From assembly GCA_052327205.1 (NCBI GenBank), contig CM126226.1, forward strand, positions 37,572,001 through 37,636,000: a stretch of DNA of 64,000 nt, read 5' to 3'. How positions within the stretch are numbered: the stretch's first letter is position 1; every line of letters begins with the position of its first letter. Under the pieces are notes generated by a model that made no database searches, was not told the origin of the DNA, and was given only the letters and a program-made list of their open reading frames with translations. This document shows, one piece after another, positions 12,878 to 24,296 of the stretch. The position numbers were made by a program, and so were the translations under genes. The stretch comes from Somniosus microcephalus (lineage: Eukaryota).

Positions 12878-13135
12878 GACCAGTAGGCCCAGATTTGATC
12901 CCCAGTCTGTGCTGAGTTAGCTGACCTCCGTTGGCCTCAGCATCACTGGACCAGGGAGAGGAAAGTCAGCCCAGCTTTCTTCTGCTGATTTCCATCCAGT
13001 GACTCCTGCTGAAAAGTATGGCTGTGTAGACAATGGGTGTGGACAGGATCGGGCCCAGCTGTGATTCCCTACTGCAGTCAAGTACCCGAATAATATTGGA
13101 CTAGGCTCACACATGAGGAAGGGTTTGGAGGGCTG
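12878..13135 (+). mobile_element. Old SINE-like family (unnamed here)
   Basis: Motifs ATCCCCAGTCTGTGCTGAGTTAGCTGA ... CCAGTGACTCCTGCTG ... CAGGATCGGGC..GCTGTGAT recur, diverged, at about 4750(-), 19960(-), 21320(+), 31150(-), 44990(-), 53440(-), 54340(+), 54960(-), 55530(+), 57445(+) and 63480(-). Confidence 0.7.
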
Positions 13136-13639
13136 CTGGTGGAACAGTCATCACTTTGAGGAAGAGGGGAGGAATTCAATTAGAAAACCAATGTTTTCTG
13201 CTCCCTGTTCTGAGATCTTGTATTCAAATTGGATTTTGGAGCATGGGTTTGCTGACCTCCGCTGTTCTGTGTTACTGGCAGGAACCCAAGAGAGAACAGC
13301 AGAGGTCAGTGGCTCGAGTACACAAACTGTGCCTTCCTGAAGTTGAGCTCCGATGACAACCTCAATATCTATATTACTGACAGCGCTCGGACGAACTGAT
13401 TGATTACATTTTAATGGGCCTGGCAATGTGACTGGCAGTAGGAACTATTCGTGACATTGGAGTAGGATTCAGCACATCTAAGGCTCAACACTTGAAGAAC
13501 ATGTCCTCCTTTAAAAAAAAATCATGACCATTCTCTCCTGAGGCTCAGTCAAGAGAATTTTCTAAAATTACTTTTTATCACCAGCGTTCTATACAGAGTT
13601 TAAGCACCGCTCGAGATAGGTGTACTTCATCCTAACCTT

Positions 13640-14035
13640 TAAATTTAAAATTCTCATCCTTGTTTTAAAATTCTCATCCATGGCCTCGCCCCTCCCTACC
13701 TCTGTAACCCTCCAAGATATCTGCGCTCCGCCAATTTTGGCCTTTTGTGCATCCCGATTTTAATCATTCCACCATTGACGGTCGTGCCTTCTGTTGCCTA
13801 GGCCCTAAGCTCTGGACTTCCCTCCCTAAATCTCTCTGCCTCTCTACCTCTCTCTACTCTTTAAGACACTCCTTAAAACCTACCTCTTTGACCAAACTTC
13901 TGGTCATCTATCCTAATATCTCCTTATGTAGCTCGGTGTCAAGTTTTGTTTGATGATCGTGCCTGTGAAGCACCTTGGGACATTTTACTATGTTAAAGGC
14001 ACTATATAAATGCAAGTTATTGTTCATAGTTGTTG
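13640..14035 (+). mobile_element. L2 LINE 3' end fragment
   Basis: Colinear with 1-412 (HPDFNHSTIDGRAFCCLGPKLWTSLP), with the tail TATATAAATGCAAGTT. Confidence 0.85.
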
Positions 14036-14121
14036 TAACCTGATAGGGTAATTAACCAATCTATGGCACACACAGCCACCACCCAGCAGTCACTGACTCG
14101 GGACAAGTGTATCAGTACACA

Positions 14122-14600
14122 GTGTTAGCTGTGGCTCAGTTGGTAGCACACTCGCCTCTGAGTCAGAAGGTTGTGGGTTCAAGTCCCACTCCAGGGACTT
14201 GAGCACATAAAGCTAGGCTGACACTCCAGTGCAGTGCTGAGGGAGTGCTACACTGTCAGAGGTGGCGTCTTTCGGAAGAGACGTTAAACCGAGGCCCCCT
14301 CTGCTCTCAGGTGGATGTAAAAGATCCCATGGCACTATTTTGAAGAAGAGTAGTAGGGGAGTTATCTCTGGTGTCCTGGCCAATATTTATCCCTCAACCA
14401 ACATAAAAAAAAACAAAAACAGATTATCTGGTCATTATCAAATTGCTGTTTGTGGGAGCTTACTGTGCACAAATTAGCTGCTGCGTTTCCCACATTACAA
14501 CAGTGACTCCACTTCAAAAGTACTTCATTGACTGTAAAGCACTTTGAGATCTCCGGTGGTCATGAAATGCGCTATATAAATGCAAGTCTTTTTTTCTTTT
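14122..14600 (+). mobile_element. Deu-domain SINE, full length
   Basis: Near-consensus A box (TGGCTCAGTTGG), B box (GGTTCAAGTCC), Deu domain and tail. Confidence 0.92.
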
Positions 14601-14834
14601 ACACGTTAACACTGCTCCAGCTCCCGAAATTACTCTTCAGGGCTTTCCACGAGCCACTTTGTGATGCTCACTTGCTGTCGATCCCTCTTTTATCCCGAGC
14701 TTCCAACCTCTTCCAATAAACTTTCCTTATCTATCTATCAGTATTACTGTGATTGCTACTTTGTACTTTCCTCTCTTGTTCCTCCTAAGCTCCCGATACC
14801 GTGTTCTACACACTCTTGCTCCTCGCTGCATTCT

Positions 14835-15030
14835 CACTAAGTTGTTATGGTCTGGAATGCACTGCCTGAAAGGTCGGTGGAAGCAGATTCAGTAGTAAAT
14901 TTCAAAAGGGAATTGGATAAATACTTGAAGGGAAAGCAGTTTGCAGGGTGACAGAGCCGGGTGAGTGGGACTAATTGAATAGTTCTGCCAAAGAGCTGGC
15001 ACAGGCGTGATGGCCCAAATGGTTCCATGA
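14835..15030 (+). mobile_element. CR1 LINE 3' tail
   Basis: VWNALPERSVEADSVVNFKRELDKYLK followed by the 3' UTR. Confidence 0.85.
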
Positions 15031-15289
15031 TGAAATGAAAACTCATTGCAGTGTCTCCGACTGTAACTCATTCTTTCCCAGAACTTCAAAATGTGGAACT
15101 TTTACCTCCCTTTGTCATACAATCTGTAGGCTTTTAAAATCCAAGCTTGGGGGTCACCTAATTACTGAGTTATCGCCTACTCTTTTCAACCTTGGCACTG
15201 TGCTGCCCCCTGGGCCTTGGCCTTTCACCTGCGTTTCTCAGTGAAGTGAGAAATCACACAGTGCCGTGTATGATGATGTACACTGTCAC

Positions 15290-15450
15290 TTTTTTTTTTA
15301 CTGATACCAGCTTTTTATTTGCAGAATTTTTGTAACTGAATTCAAATTCCCAAACTGCCATGATGGGATTTTAACTCACGTTCCCTCGATCATTAGTCTA
15401 AGCCTGTGGATTATGAGTCTAGTAACATAACCAGTTCACTGCTGTACCTC
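15290..15450 (-). mobile_element. tRNA-like headed repeat (third SINE-like family)
   Basis: Reverse complement reads GGTTATGTTACTAGACT..AATCCA..GAGTTAAAATCCCATCATGGCAG. Related copies at about 25105(+) and 63170-63330(-). Confidence 0.55.
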
Positions 15451-15509
15451 ATAACCGACAAACTGCAACAAATGGACAATCCTGACCATTGGGCGATGTC
15501 TTCCCAATA

Positions 15510-15764
15510 CAGGTTGGACCCCGGTAATCCGGCACCCTCGGGACAAGGCCGGTGCCGGACCATTGAAAATTCCGAACCACTGAAGGTTAGGTAAATAACG
15601 CCTAAAATAACAATATTAGGTACAATATTATGTTTGTTTATATCGCGGGAAACGGTGGCGCCGCCGAGCAGCTGCTCCGCAAACTAAAGATCGCCGGTTT
15701 CAATTCGTGCCGGACCACTGAAGGTGCCGGACCGTCGGGTGCCGGATTACCAGGGTTCAACCTG
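15510..15764. mobile_element. Tc1/mariner (pogo/Tigger-like) MITE, 255 bp
   Basis: TIRs CAGGTTGGACCCCGGTAATCCGGCACCC / GGGTGCCGGATTACCAGGGTTCAACCTG, flanked on both sides by TA. Internal GTGCCGGACC subrepeats. Confidence 0.9.
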
Positions 15765-16521
15765 TATTGTCATGGCAGAGATTGGTGGTGCCAACCAGTG
15801 GTTGAGTTTAGTGTGCGTCACACACACTGCCACCTTGTATTGAAATGCAAGTTCCAATCGTCATCTGAAATCACACACGCAGATAGTGGGGATGGGTCTT
15901 ATGGGAAATCCCATATTATTAATGCGTCCCATGTTTACTGACTGTTTTGATTTGTGGATGTGGAACCCCAGCAATACGCTGGGGACATTTTTTGATTTAA
16001 TGTTATTCAGCAGGAGGGGAAAGTGTGTTTCCTCAGCACGTTCTCTGTTTACACAGGATGGAGCTTTGATCTGGTCCGTGCGTGTACATCACATTAAGCG
16101 GATGTGCATATCAACGAGACAACAGGCCCATCCATCTGACCTTCTTACAATCAGTTAAGCAGGAATCCTGAAATTAGTATTCCCCACCTAACCCCTTCTG
16201 TGAGGATTATTAAAGGAGTGATAACTTACAGGAAAGACGACGTTAAACTTTCTGTACCTATCACTGAAAGCATTGGGAAATAATTCTAAAATCTCTTTTT
16301 GTATCGCTTGACTTGTGAGACCGAGTCGCGGGTCTTTTGAAACTTGCCTCAGTGGGTGAGGTTTTTATTTGATTTTAACTCTTTCCCCCCCCCCACTCCT
16401 CACCCCCTCACATGCGAAGGTGCTGACTCCTTACTGGCTACAGTTCCATTGGCACTGGGCACCCACTACTACCTCTTGCATGCCTATGTGCTCATTCTTA
16501 ATGTGAAAGAAAGATTGATTT

Positions 16522-16965
16522 ATATATTTATATGACACCTTTCACGACCCAAAGCGCTTTACAGCCAATGAAGTACTTTATAATTGTAGTCACTGTTGTA
16601 ATGTAGGAAAGGCGGCAGCCAATTTGTGCACAGCAAGGTCCCAAAAATAGCAGTGTGATAATGACTACATAATTTATTTTAGTGATTTTGGATGAGGGAT
16701 AAATATTGGCCAGTACACTGGGCAGAACTCCCCTGCTCTTCTTCAAAATAGTGCCATGGAATCTTTACGTCCACCTGAGAGGGCAGGTGGGGCTTCAGTT
16801 TAACGTCTTATCTGAAAGACGGCACCTCCAACAGTGCAGCACTCCCTCACAACTGCACTGGGAACGTTAGCTGAGAATTTGTGCTCAAGTCTCTGGAGTG
16901 GGACATCAAACCACACCGTTTTGATTCGGAGGCAAGCGTGCTATCCTGGAGCCACAGCTGACACC
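16522..16965 (-). mobile_element. Deu-domain SINE, full length
   Basis: Reverse complement of the 14122 copy. Confidence 0.9.
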
Positions 16966-17107
16966 TGATGTGTGAGGTTAGACAGTGAGTGTCAGTATTT
17001 ATCTATGAAGAACACCACAGTTTTCACCCAATGCTAATGCATGTGCACCTTCCAGCAGGTGTCACTGGGTTGTGATCAGGAACAGACAGCCTTGCTGTTT
17101 TTTGTAC

Positions 17108-17360
17108 TGTCAGCCGTGGCTCAGTGGATAGCGCCCTTGCCTCTGAGTCAGAAGGTTGTGGGTTCAAATCGCACACCAGAGACTTTGGACACAAAAATCT
17201 AGGCTGACACTCCAGTGCAGTACTGAGGGAGTACTGCACTGTCGGAGGTGCTGTCTTTCTAATGAGACGTTAAACCAAGGCCCCGTCTGCTCTCTCAGGT
17301 GGACATCAAAATAGTGCCACGGGATCTTTAAGAATAGCTGGGGAGTTCTCCCCGGCTGGA
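17108..17360 (+). mobile_element. Deu-domain SINE, 5' half
   Basis: TGTCAGCCGTGGCTCAGTGG head and Deu core. Confidence 0.9.
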
Positions 17361-17725
17361 GCAGAACAGTTACCAGCTGAGCCACCAGGAGACCTGAGAG
17401 ACTTGAGGACCTTGTGAGACTCGAGCAGCAGAAAATGAAGTGAAAGTGATAGTTTTTTTAAAAAGTTACTCTTTAATTCACTAACTAGGTCTTTGAAGCA
17501 CTGGAGGAAAAGCTTACTATCAAACTCTGTGTGGGATCGGCTCACAGAACAATGCTTACTCATAGCTTGCTTGGAGACTGAACCTTTTCCAAATGCTGTT
17601 GAATTGCACGTTGTATCTTTTAGCATTGAGTAAATAGAAATGGGTTGGATCTGGGCTTGGCTCAAAGTATTGTCTCAAGATATTAATGTATGTTCCAGTT
17701 AATTGTCCTCAAAAGTAATTTTAAA

Positions 17726-18031
17726 AAACTTGCGTTTATATGGCACCTCTCAGGATGTCCCAAAGCGCTTTACAGTCAAGTAAGTACTCTTTGAAGTGTT
17801 GTCACTGTTGTAATGTAGGAAACACAGCAGCCAATTTGCAGACATCAAGCTCCCACAAACAGCAATGTGATAGTGACCGGATTATCTGTTTTCGTGATGT
17901 TGCTTGAGGGATAAATATTGGTTGGACATCGGGGAGAACTCCCCTGCTCCTCTTCAAATAGTGCTGTGGGATCTTTTACATCCACCTGAGAGGGTAGATG
18001 GGGCCTCGGTTTAACGTCTCATCCAAAAGAC
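17726..18031 (-). mobile_element. Deu-domain SINE, 3' half
   Basis: Reverse complement of the tail and distal Deu domain. Confidence 0.88.
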
Positions 18032-18454
18032 GTTTGATATCCTGTTGATTCCGTGGTACTGGTGCTGTTCGAAAGATGTTGCTGTTGTGGATTGCTTCAT
18101 GCTTTACTTGTGCAATGAGTTCTGCTCATGTTCTGAATCCGCCTTGTTTAGATCATGGTACAGATTTGCAGCCCCCCTGGAAACAACTGCCTATGTGGAA
18201 GATTTGAAGCTTCTGGTGGTGAACCTTTTTCAGCATTGGTGGAGTAGTTTTGCATTTGCCAGGAATGCAAACCTGCATTGTTGGTGTATATGGGAGAGCT
18301 GAGAGCTCATTCTGCTCACAACCTCACTATTGGCTCCCATTTATATTTGCCGGCTCCAGTGCTTTAGCATCGAGTTTCTCTTGGAAACCCATTGAAGACT
18401 GCGCTGTGACATCAGCACGGCACTGGACTCAATAGACGGAGTGCAATTCAGGGA

Positions 18455-18855
18455 ATCTTACAGCTCAGAAGGAGCCCATTTGGTCCATCGTGCCTGTGCC
18501 GGCTCTTTGGTAGAGCTCTCCAATTAGTCCAACTCCCCTGCTCTTTCCCCATAGCCCTGCAGATGTTTCCGTTTCAAGTATATATCCAATGCCCTATTGA
18601 AAGTTACTATTGAATCTGCTTCCACCAGCCTTTCAGGCAGTCAATTCCAGATGAAACAACTCGCTGCGTTAAAAAAAATTCTCCTCTGGTTCTTTTGCCA
18701 ATTATCGTAAATCTGCGTCCTCTGGTTACTGCCCCTTCTGCCACTGGAAACCGTTTCTCCTTATTTACTCTATCAAAACAGTTCATGATTTTGAACACCT
18801 CTATTAAATCTCACTTCAACCTTCTCTGCTCTAAGGAGAACAACCCCAGCTTCTC
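18455..18855 (-). mobile_element. CR1 LINE 3' fragment
   Basis: FKIMNCFDRVNKEKRFP..VTRGRRF on the minus strand, followed by the 3' UTR. Confidence 0.9.
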
Positions 18856-20219
18856 CCTTACATTTCGTTGCCATATTTAAAAGCCACAGGCGACTTGATG
18901 GCGAGTGTTCAGAAGGGACCGAGCTTCGAGAACAGCTCGTTCTGTAAAGCTGTCCTGTGTTGGCTGCCCCGGCCAACCTGCATTGAAACAGTGGCTATAT
19001 CTGCCTCAGCATGGACCGATAAATAACAAGGGCCTTTACATTTTTTGTCCGCGTTTTAGTTCAAACACACTGAGAAAAAAATATATAGTGGCAGCAAGCA
19101 CGTGTCATGTGACCACTCCCTCCTCATTTGTTAATGAGACGGAGTCTCTGGGACAGACCGTGCTCTTCCCCCCCCCCCCCCCCCACCCTCTTGCTCACGG
19201 CGGCTCAAACAGGGAAGGATAAATACCACAAAATCCCTCCAAAAAAGAAAAGGGGCACGTGTCCACTTCACTTTATTCCAAATAAAATGTGTCTCAGAAG
19301 CTGTCGATGCAAAAATCCTGCCCAAATCTGGAAAGGAATTAATGCAAAATTGCCAGTGCTCACTGCTCATGTATTAAAATTCAGCTGAAAAGTCGAACGT
19401 ACATGGAATCTGTAATCCGCATTCACAGGGGAAGGCTGCAGTTGACACAATGCATCTGTGTTACTGAGACAGAATTTAAATAGAACTGGGGGAACTGAGC
19501 CCATCGTGCCAGTCGAATGCAATCGATTAGAAACTCTAATCAACAGAATATCAACTTGCTGACTGGTGGTCTCAGGCTTGGGGACCCGGGGGGCAGTTGA
19601 GGGGGTATATACGTTACCCACCGCTTGAGCCTGTCACTCACAGCCTGTTCTACACAAGACTGCTGTCAGTGTGATAACAAACCAGCCACCGAGGTAGGTT
19701 TATTTATTAACTGAGCGATTAACAGGGATTGATTTAAGTTACTAAGTCATATTGCACTTTCAATAAAGAAAAGCTTCATTGAACTTGGCAGCAGAATCAC
19801 TCTGTACTTAAGAACCTCACAGGTCGAATACCAGCTGGCTACTCAGAATTTAGACTCTAATTAAAGGAATACAATTTTTAAATTCACTGTTTATTTCTCT
19901 CTCTCTGTTCCCCAACAACCCCCCCTGCCATTTTCCCTGGTCCTCTCCTGAAGCATATACCCATTTCAGTGACTCACTGCAAGGGGCTATCCCTCATGTC
20001 TAAACCCAGATGCTGCACGCCATTGGGCTATTCAACTGCGCAGGGCATCACAGACCACAGACAAGCCCGACCCTGCCCTCTCCCAACATCCAGACTTTCC
20101 AGCGGGGGTCACTGGATAGCTATCAGGAATGGGAACCCGGGCTGAACTTTTTCATTGCTCTTCCTAGCCAAGGAGGCCAATTGTAGATCCCCAGCTCATG
20201 TTCCAGTTTTTAAAAAATG

Positions 20220-20412
20220 TATTCATTCATATGATGTGGCCTCATTGACTAAGCCGACATTTATTGCCGATCCCTAATTGCCCATGAGAAGGTGGCCACC
20301 ATCGTGAACCGCTGCAGTCCATGTGGTGAAGGTACTCCTACAGTGCTGTTAGGGAGGGAGTTCCAGGATTTTGACCCAGCGACGATGAAGGAACGGCGCT
20401 ATACTTCCAAGC
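20220..20412 (-). mobile_element. 3' tail of the second CR1-group LINE family, nested in the old SINE-like copy
   Basis: Reverse complement of the 53840-54175 tail (GGGCAATTAGGG..GCAATAAATG). Confidence 0.8.
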
Positions 20413-20504
20413 AAGTTGTGACCAGCTGACTCAGAACACACCTGAATCCTCCTGCTGAGTACCAGTGATCTCGAAAACTCGCCAAGTAATAAAAAAAAGA
20501 ATTA

Positions 20505-20652
20505 TATAAGAAATAGGAGCAGTAATAGGCCGTACGGCCCCACAAGCCTGCTCTGCCATTCAGTCATGGCTGATCTTCTACCTCAACTCCACTTTCCCAC
20601 CCACTCCCCATATCCCTTGATCCCCTTAGTGTCCAAAAATCTGTCGATCTCC
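20505..20652 (-). mobile_element. CR1 3' UTR fragment
   Basis: ATAAGAAATAGGAGCAG..GGCC..CTCTGCCATTCA..CATGGCTGATC. Confidence 0.85.
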
Positions 20653-21394
20653 GATACTCCCTGTACCACTTTAAAAAAAAAACAAGCCATTTCTTACTCA
20701 TTCCTTCTCTCCTCATTCGCAGGCGCACATCATTTACCTTCCAGTGATGTGAGGTAGGACCTTACCTTTGCTGAGGACCGGCTCCGAGTTTTCCAGCTGA
20801 TGGCAGGAACTCCCAATGTGGAACATCGATGGCCTGATCCTGTTGTTTTTATGTGTTTGTTCTGATGTGCACAGTTACTGAGCTGAGGAAACATGACATG
20901 GAAAAAAAATTGGGGGAAGTAGTTTGAGCTATTTGATTGGTTTGTTGAGTGGCAGTTGATGCTTCCTCAATGAAAGCTTTGAAAACATTTCAGCAACTTG
21001 CTTGGTTGGTTTTGTCAGAGTTGGCACTTTGTGATTAGTTGCTTTTCCTACCAGTTAGCTCTGTGTGACCGACACATTGCACATGTAATACTTTGAAGTG
21101 TGACGGACCCTAGCCCGCACACAATGGGCACACTTTAGATGTAGCATGTTTAATTATATAGTTTAATAGCAATGCAGTAGAGCAACACACTTCTATTTCT
21201 CTTTTTACTTTACTTTCCTGCACCAAATATAGTTCACAATCTAAAAGCTGGGGCTGCTTACCCTTTTCTATAACTCGCCACTGGGGCATAATTGCCTCAG
21301 ATTGACTCGGGCTCTGAATGATGCTTTCTTTTTGTAGGTCTTTGCTGAGTTAGCTAAGCTTGAGGAGCATTGGGACATCACAGTAGGCTTTACC

Positions 21395-21548
21395 ATTTGG
21401 ATAAATACTTGAAGGGAAACATTTACAGGGCTATGGGGAAAGAGCAGGGAGTGGGGCTAATTTTATCAGCTCTACCAAAGAGCCGGCACAGGCACGATGG
21501 GCTGAGTGGCCTCCTCCTGTGCTGTATCATTCTATGATTCTCTGATTT
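21395..21548 (+). mobile_element. CR1 3' tail
   Basis: TTGGATAAATACTTGAAGGG...GGCCTCCTCCTGTGCTGTATCATTCTATGATTC. Confidence 0.85.
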
Positions 21549-21642
21549 CTAGGTTAGCAAGGTGACAAAAATCAGACAAGGTTCCCTCTCCTGCTCACCG
21601 TCCAAATGACTCCTGCTGAAAAGTGAGTCTGTGCAGGACGTT

Positions 21643-22163
21643 GGCTTGGCTCAGTGGGTAGCACTCTCGCCTCAGGGTCAGTAGGTTGTCGGTTCAAGCC
21701 ACACTTTAGGGCTTGAACAGGTAATCTAGGATGACCCTCTAGTGAAGGAGTTGCCGTATGTTAAATGAGACATTAAACCAAGGTCCCATAGTACTCTTTG
21801 AAGTTGCGAGGTGTCCTGATGTGTCCAAACAAACATTGAAACAAAATCACCAAAAAATAGACTTAAGTTGCTGGTTGTGGTATCTTGCGATTTGCAAAAT
21901 GCCTACAGGACAACAGTCACTTTGAAGTAACTTATTTGGAGCAATTTTAGTCGAACTCGCCAGGCGGGAAATCCACAGGATCTGATGGAACACTGGTTTT
22001 GACTTCAATGGGGAGTGGAATCGGCCGGGGTGTAAAACCAGCGTTGCACCCAATCCTGTCAGTTTCCCGACGGGCGGATTAGGTTAAAAATGCCTCCATT
22101 GTGTGTGTAGCACTTCGAGTAATTTCTGAGAAACATGATAAGACACTATGTGAATGCAAGTTA
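21643..22163 (+). mobile_element. Diverged Deu-domain SINE interrupted by a MITE
   Basis: Head GGCTCAGTGGGTAGCACTCTCGCC. The tail resumes after 22097 and ends in ACTATGTGAATGCAAGTT. Confidence 0.7.
21938..22097. mobile_element. Palindromic MITE (Harbinger-like)
   Basis: Arms GGAGCAATTTTAG..GGCGGGAAA..CAGGAT..AACACTGGTTTT and AAAACCAGCGTT..ATCCTG..TTTCCCG..TAAAAATGCCTCC are inverse complements. Confidence 0.7.
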
Positions 22164-22164
22164 C

Positions 22165-22300
22165 GTAGGAACAGGAGGAGGCCATTCAGCCCCTCGAGCT
22201 TGTTCCACCATTCAATCAGATCTGTACCTCAACTCCATTTACCCGCCTTTGCTCCATATCCCTTGATACTCTAGTGATCTCAGTCTGGAAAATTTCAGTT
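22165..22300 (-). mobile_element. CR1 3' UTR fragment
   Basis: TAGGAACAGGAGGAGGCCATTCAGCCCCTCGAG. Confidence 0.8.
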
Positions 22301-23169
22301 GATCCCCCCCCCCGGCATTTCTTTAGGGGTTGTGATGCCCCTCGCAATTGAATGCTATGCCAATACTTACTGCATAGACTCATGCGTGTAGACTGGCCAC
22401 TTGGCCGAGGTGCCAGCGGGCAGCCTGTCCTTATGGTGCCACACTCTAGCACAAGCCAGCCCTTTCAGGGGGAGGGGGCACAAAGGAGGTACAGAAGATG
22501 CTTGCTTAAAAGCTGTACTGATTCACCTCAGACATCTTGGAGATGAAGCACGAGAAGAGAGTGTTTGAGAAATGTAAATTTGGTTGTTTATTTTTTAATC
22601 ATCCCAGAAAAATGCTCGGTGGAAAATCACAATAGAAGACTGTTCTACATAACTGCAAAAATGATGGTTATAGGCAGGTACATTACAGGAAATGTGAAAT
22701 GGTACTTAACATTTTTTAAGAGGACATTTCCATTTTAATGGTGCTTCAAAAACACATTAAGGTGCGCGTGAGCTGACACACTTGGTTGGATTCAAACCAT
22801 TTTAATAGCTGTGGATGGTATTATTCCGGATAAGCATATTTCACTGAAAAAATTACCGAATTACAGCAGAAAATACAGGTTTATTCCCCTTGAACTGTCT
22901 TTGTAGTAACTGATATTATACAGAATGTTTGCCAAAATATGGCACTCCTGTGAATTGTCCTTTGTTGCAGATTGGCTTGGGGAATTGAGCGCAAGAAATT
23001 CACGTATTTAATATAAAATCTAGGCAGTTGCAAATAAAAAAGGGGAGAAATCATGCACGACCTGCTGTTTTATTTATGCAGGGATGTACTTCAATGCGAT
23101 AAAAGGTGTAGATTGTCAGCTTTAGATAGACACAAGTATCCAAAGGACCAAACTATTTCCATTAACAGA

Positions 23170-23600
23170 TGCTGGTCACTATCCAGATGGGCCAAATGTC
23201 TTCCAATTCATTCCAATTGTGGATAATCCCAGTAGAATAAACCCTTCCCATTTACTCCCATTGTATTGAATTGCAATTGGCCGAGCCACTTTCTATTCAA
23301 TTCGCTTGTATAGAATTCCAGCGGTTTTAACCTCTTCCCAATTACTCCCACTGCGTAGATTTATAACTGACCCAATCCCTTTCCTTTCAGTCCCGTTGTG
23401 CAGAATCCCAATAGGCCGAACCACTTTCAGTTCATTCCCATTGTATAGACTTCCAGTGGATCAAACCCTTTTCCCATTCACTCCCATCCTATGGGACTCC
23501 AATTGTCCTGGTCACTTTCTATTCACTCCCATTGTATAGTATTCCAATGGAGCAAACATCTTTCCATTTAGTCCCATTGTACAGAATTGCTGACTCAAGC
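23170..23600. repeat. Degenerate tandem repeat, about 43-bp unit (CCCATTGTATAGAATTCCAAT..CTTTCCATTCACT)
   Basis: About 9 diverged recurrences of CCCATTGT(A/G)(T/C)AG ... TTCCA. Confidence 0.7.
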
Positions 23601-23901
23601 ATCCCACTTAGAAGCAAAATCCTGACGAAAGCATCAAATTTGTCCTGGTTATCCATTTGTTTAATGCTCCGAGTATTAAACCGGGTCAGTTGTCTGCCAG
23701 AGTTTAACACGAGGCTGCAGTCCATTTCCGAATTGTAATCACTTCTACATGAAATAAATGTCTTTGTTTTCTCTGAATGGCTGAGTAAATGAATGATTAA
23801 GTGAGCCGAGGATTTGCAAACGAGCTATTTTTATCCACAGTTCACAGAAATCCTGGTCTGAACCCAATCCTGGTTCAAGCATGACATTTCTTGGCAAAGT
23901 A

Positions 23902-24296
23902 CTTGTGCATTTATCAAGATCCCAACAGATTGTCAAAATTAAAAAAAAATCCTGTCAGTGTTTGGGCGAAATTAACGCTTCCATCTGACCATGGGGTCAA
24001 ATGGGATGAAAGCTGAGTTCTTTTGTTTTTGTGGGGATTTACTGCAATGCGATGAAATTTGTAGATAGACACAAGTATCCAATAGACTGAACTATTTCCA
24101 TTAACAGATGCTGTGCAGAATCCAGATGGGCCAAAACGCCTTCCTATTTATTCCAATTGTAGATAATTCCAATGGAATAAACCCTCCCATTTACTCCCAT
24201 CGCTCCTGTCATCTCACTTGACCCCATGGTCAGATGGAAGTGTTAATTTCACCCAAACACTGACAGGATTTTGTTGGGATGTTGGTAAATGCACAA
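23902..24296. repeat. Inverted repeat (arms about 23902-24010 and 24208-24296) enclosing a duplicate of 23081-23260
   Basis: ATCCTGTCAGTGTTTGGGCGAAATTAACGCTTCCATCTGACCATGGGGTCAA pairs with TTGACCCCATGGTCAGATGGAAGTGTTAATTTCACCCAAACACTGACAGGAT. Confidence 0.85.

Noticed and set aside
14122-14200. tRNA genes
   Set aside because: The A/B boxes belong to SINE heads that run into the Deu domain. There is no complete cloverleaf or terminator.
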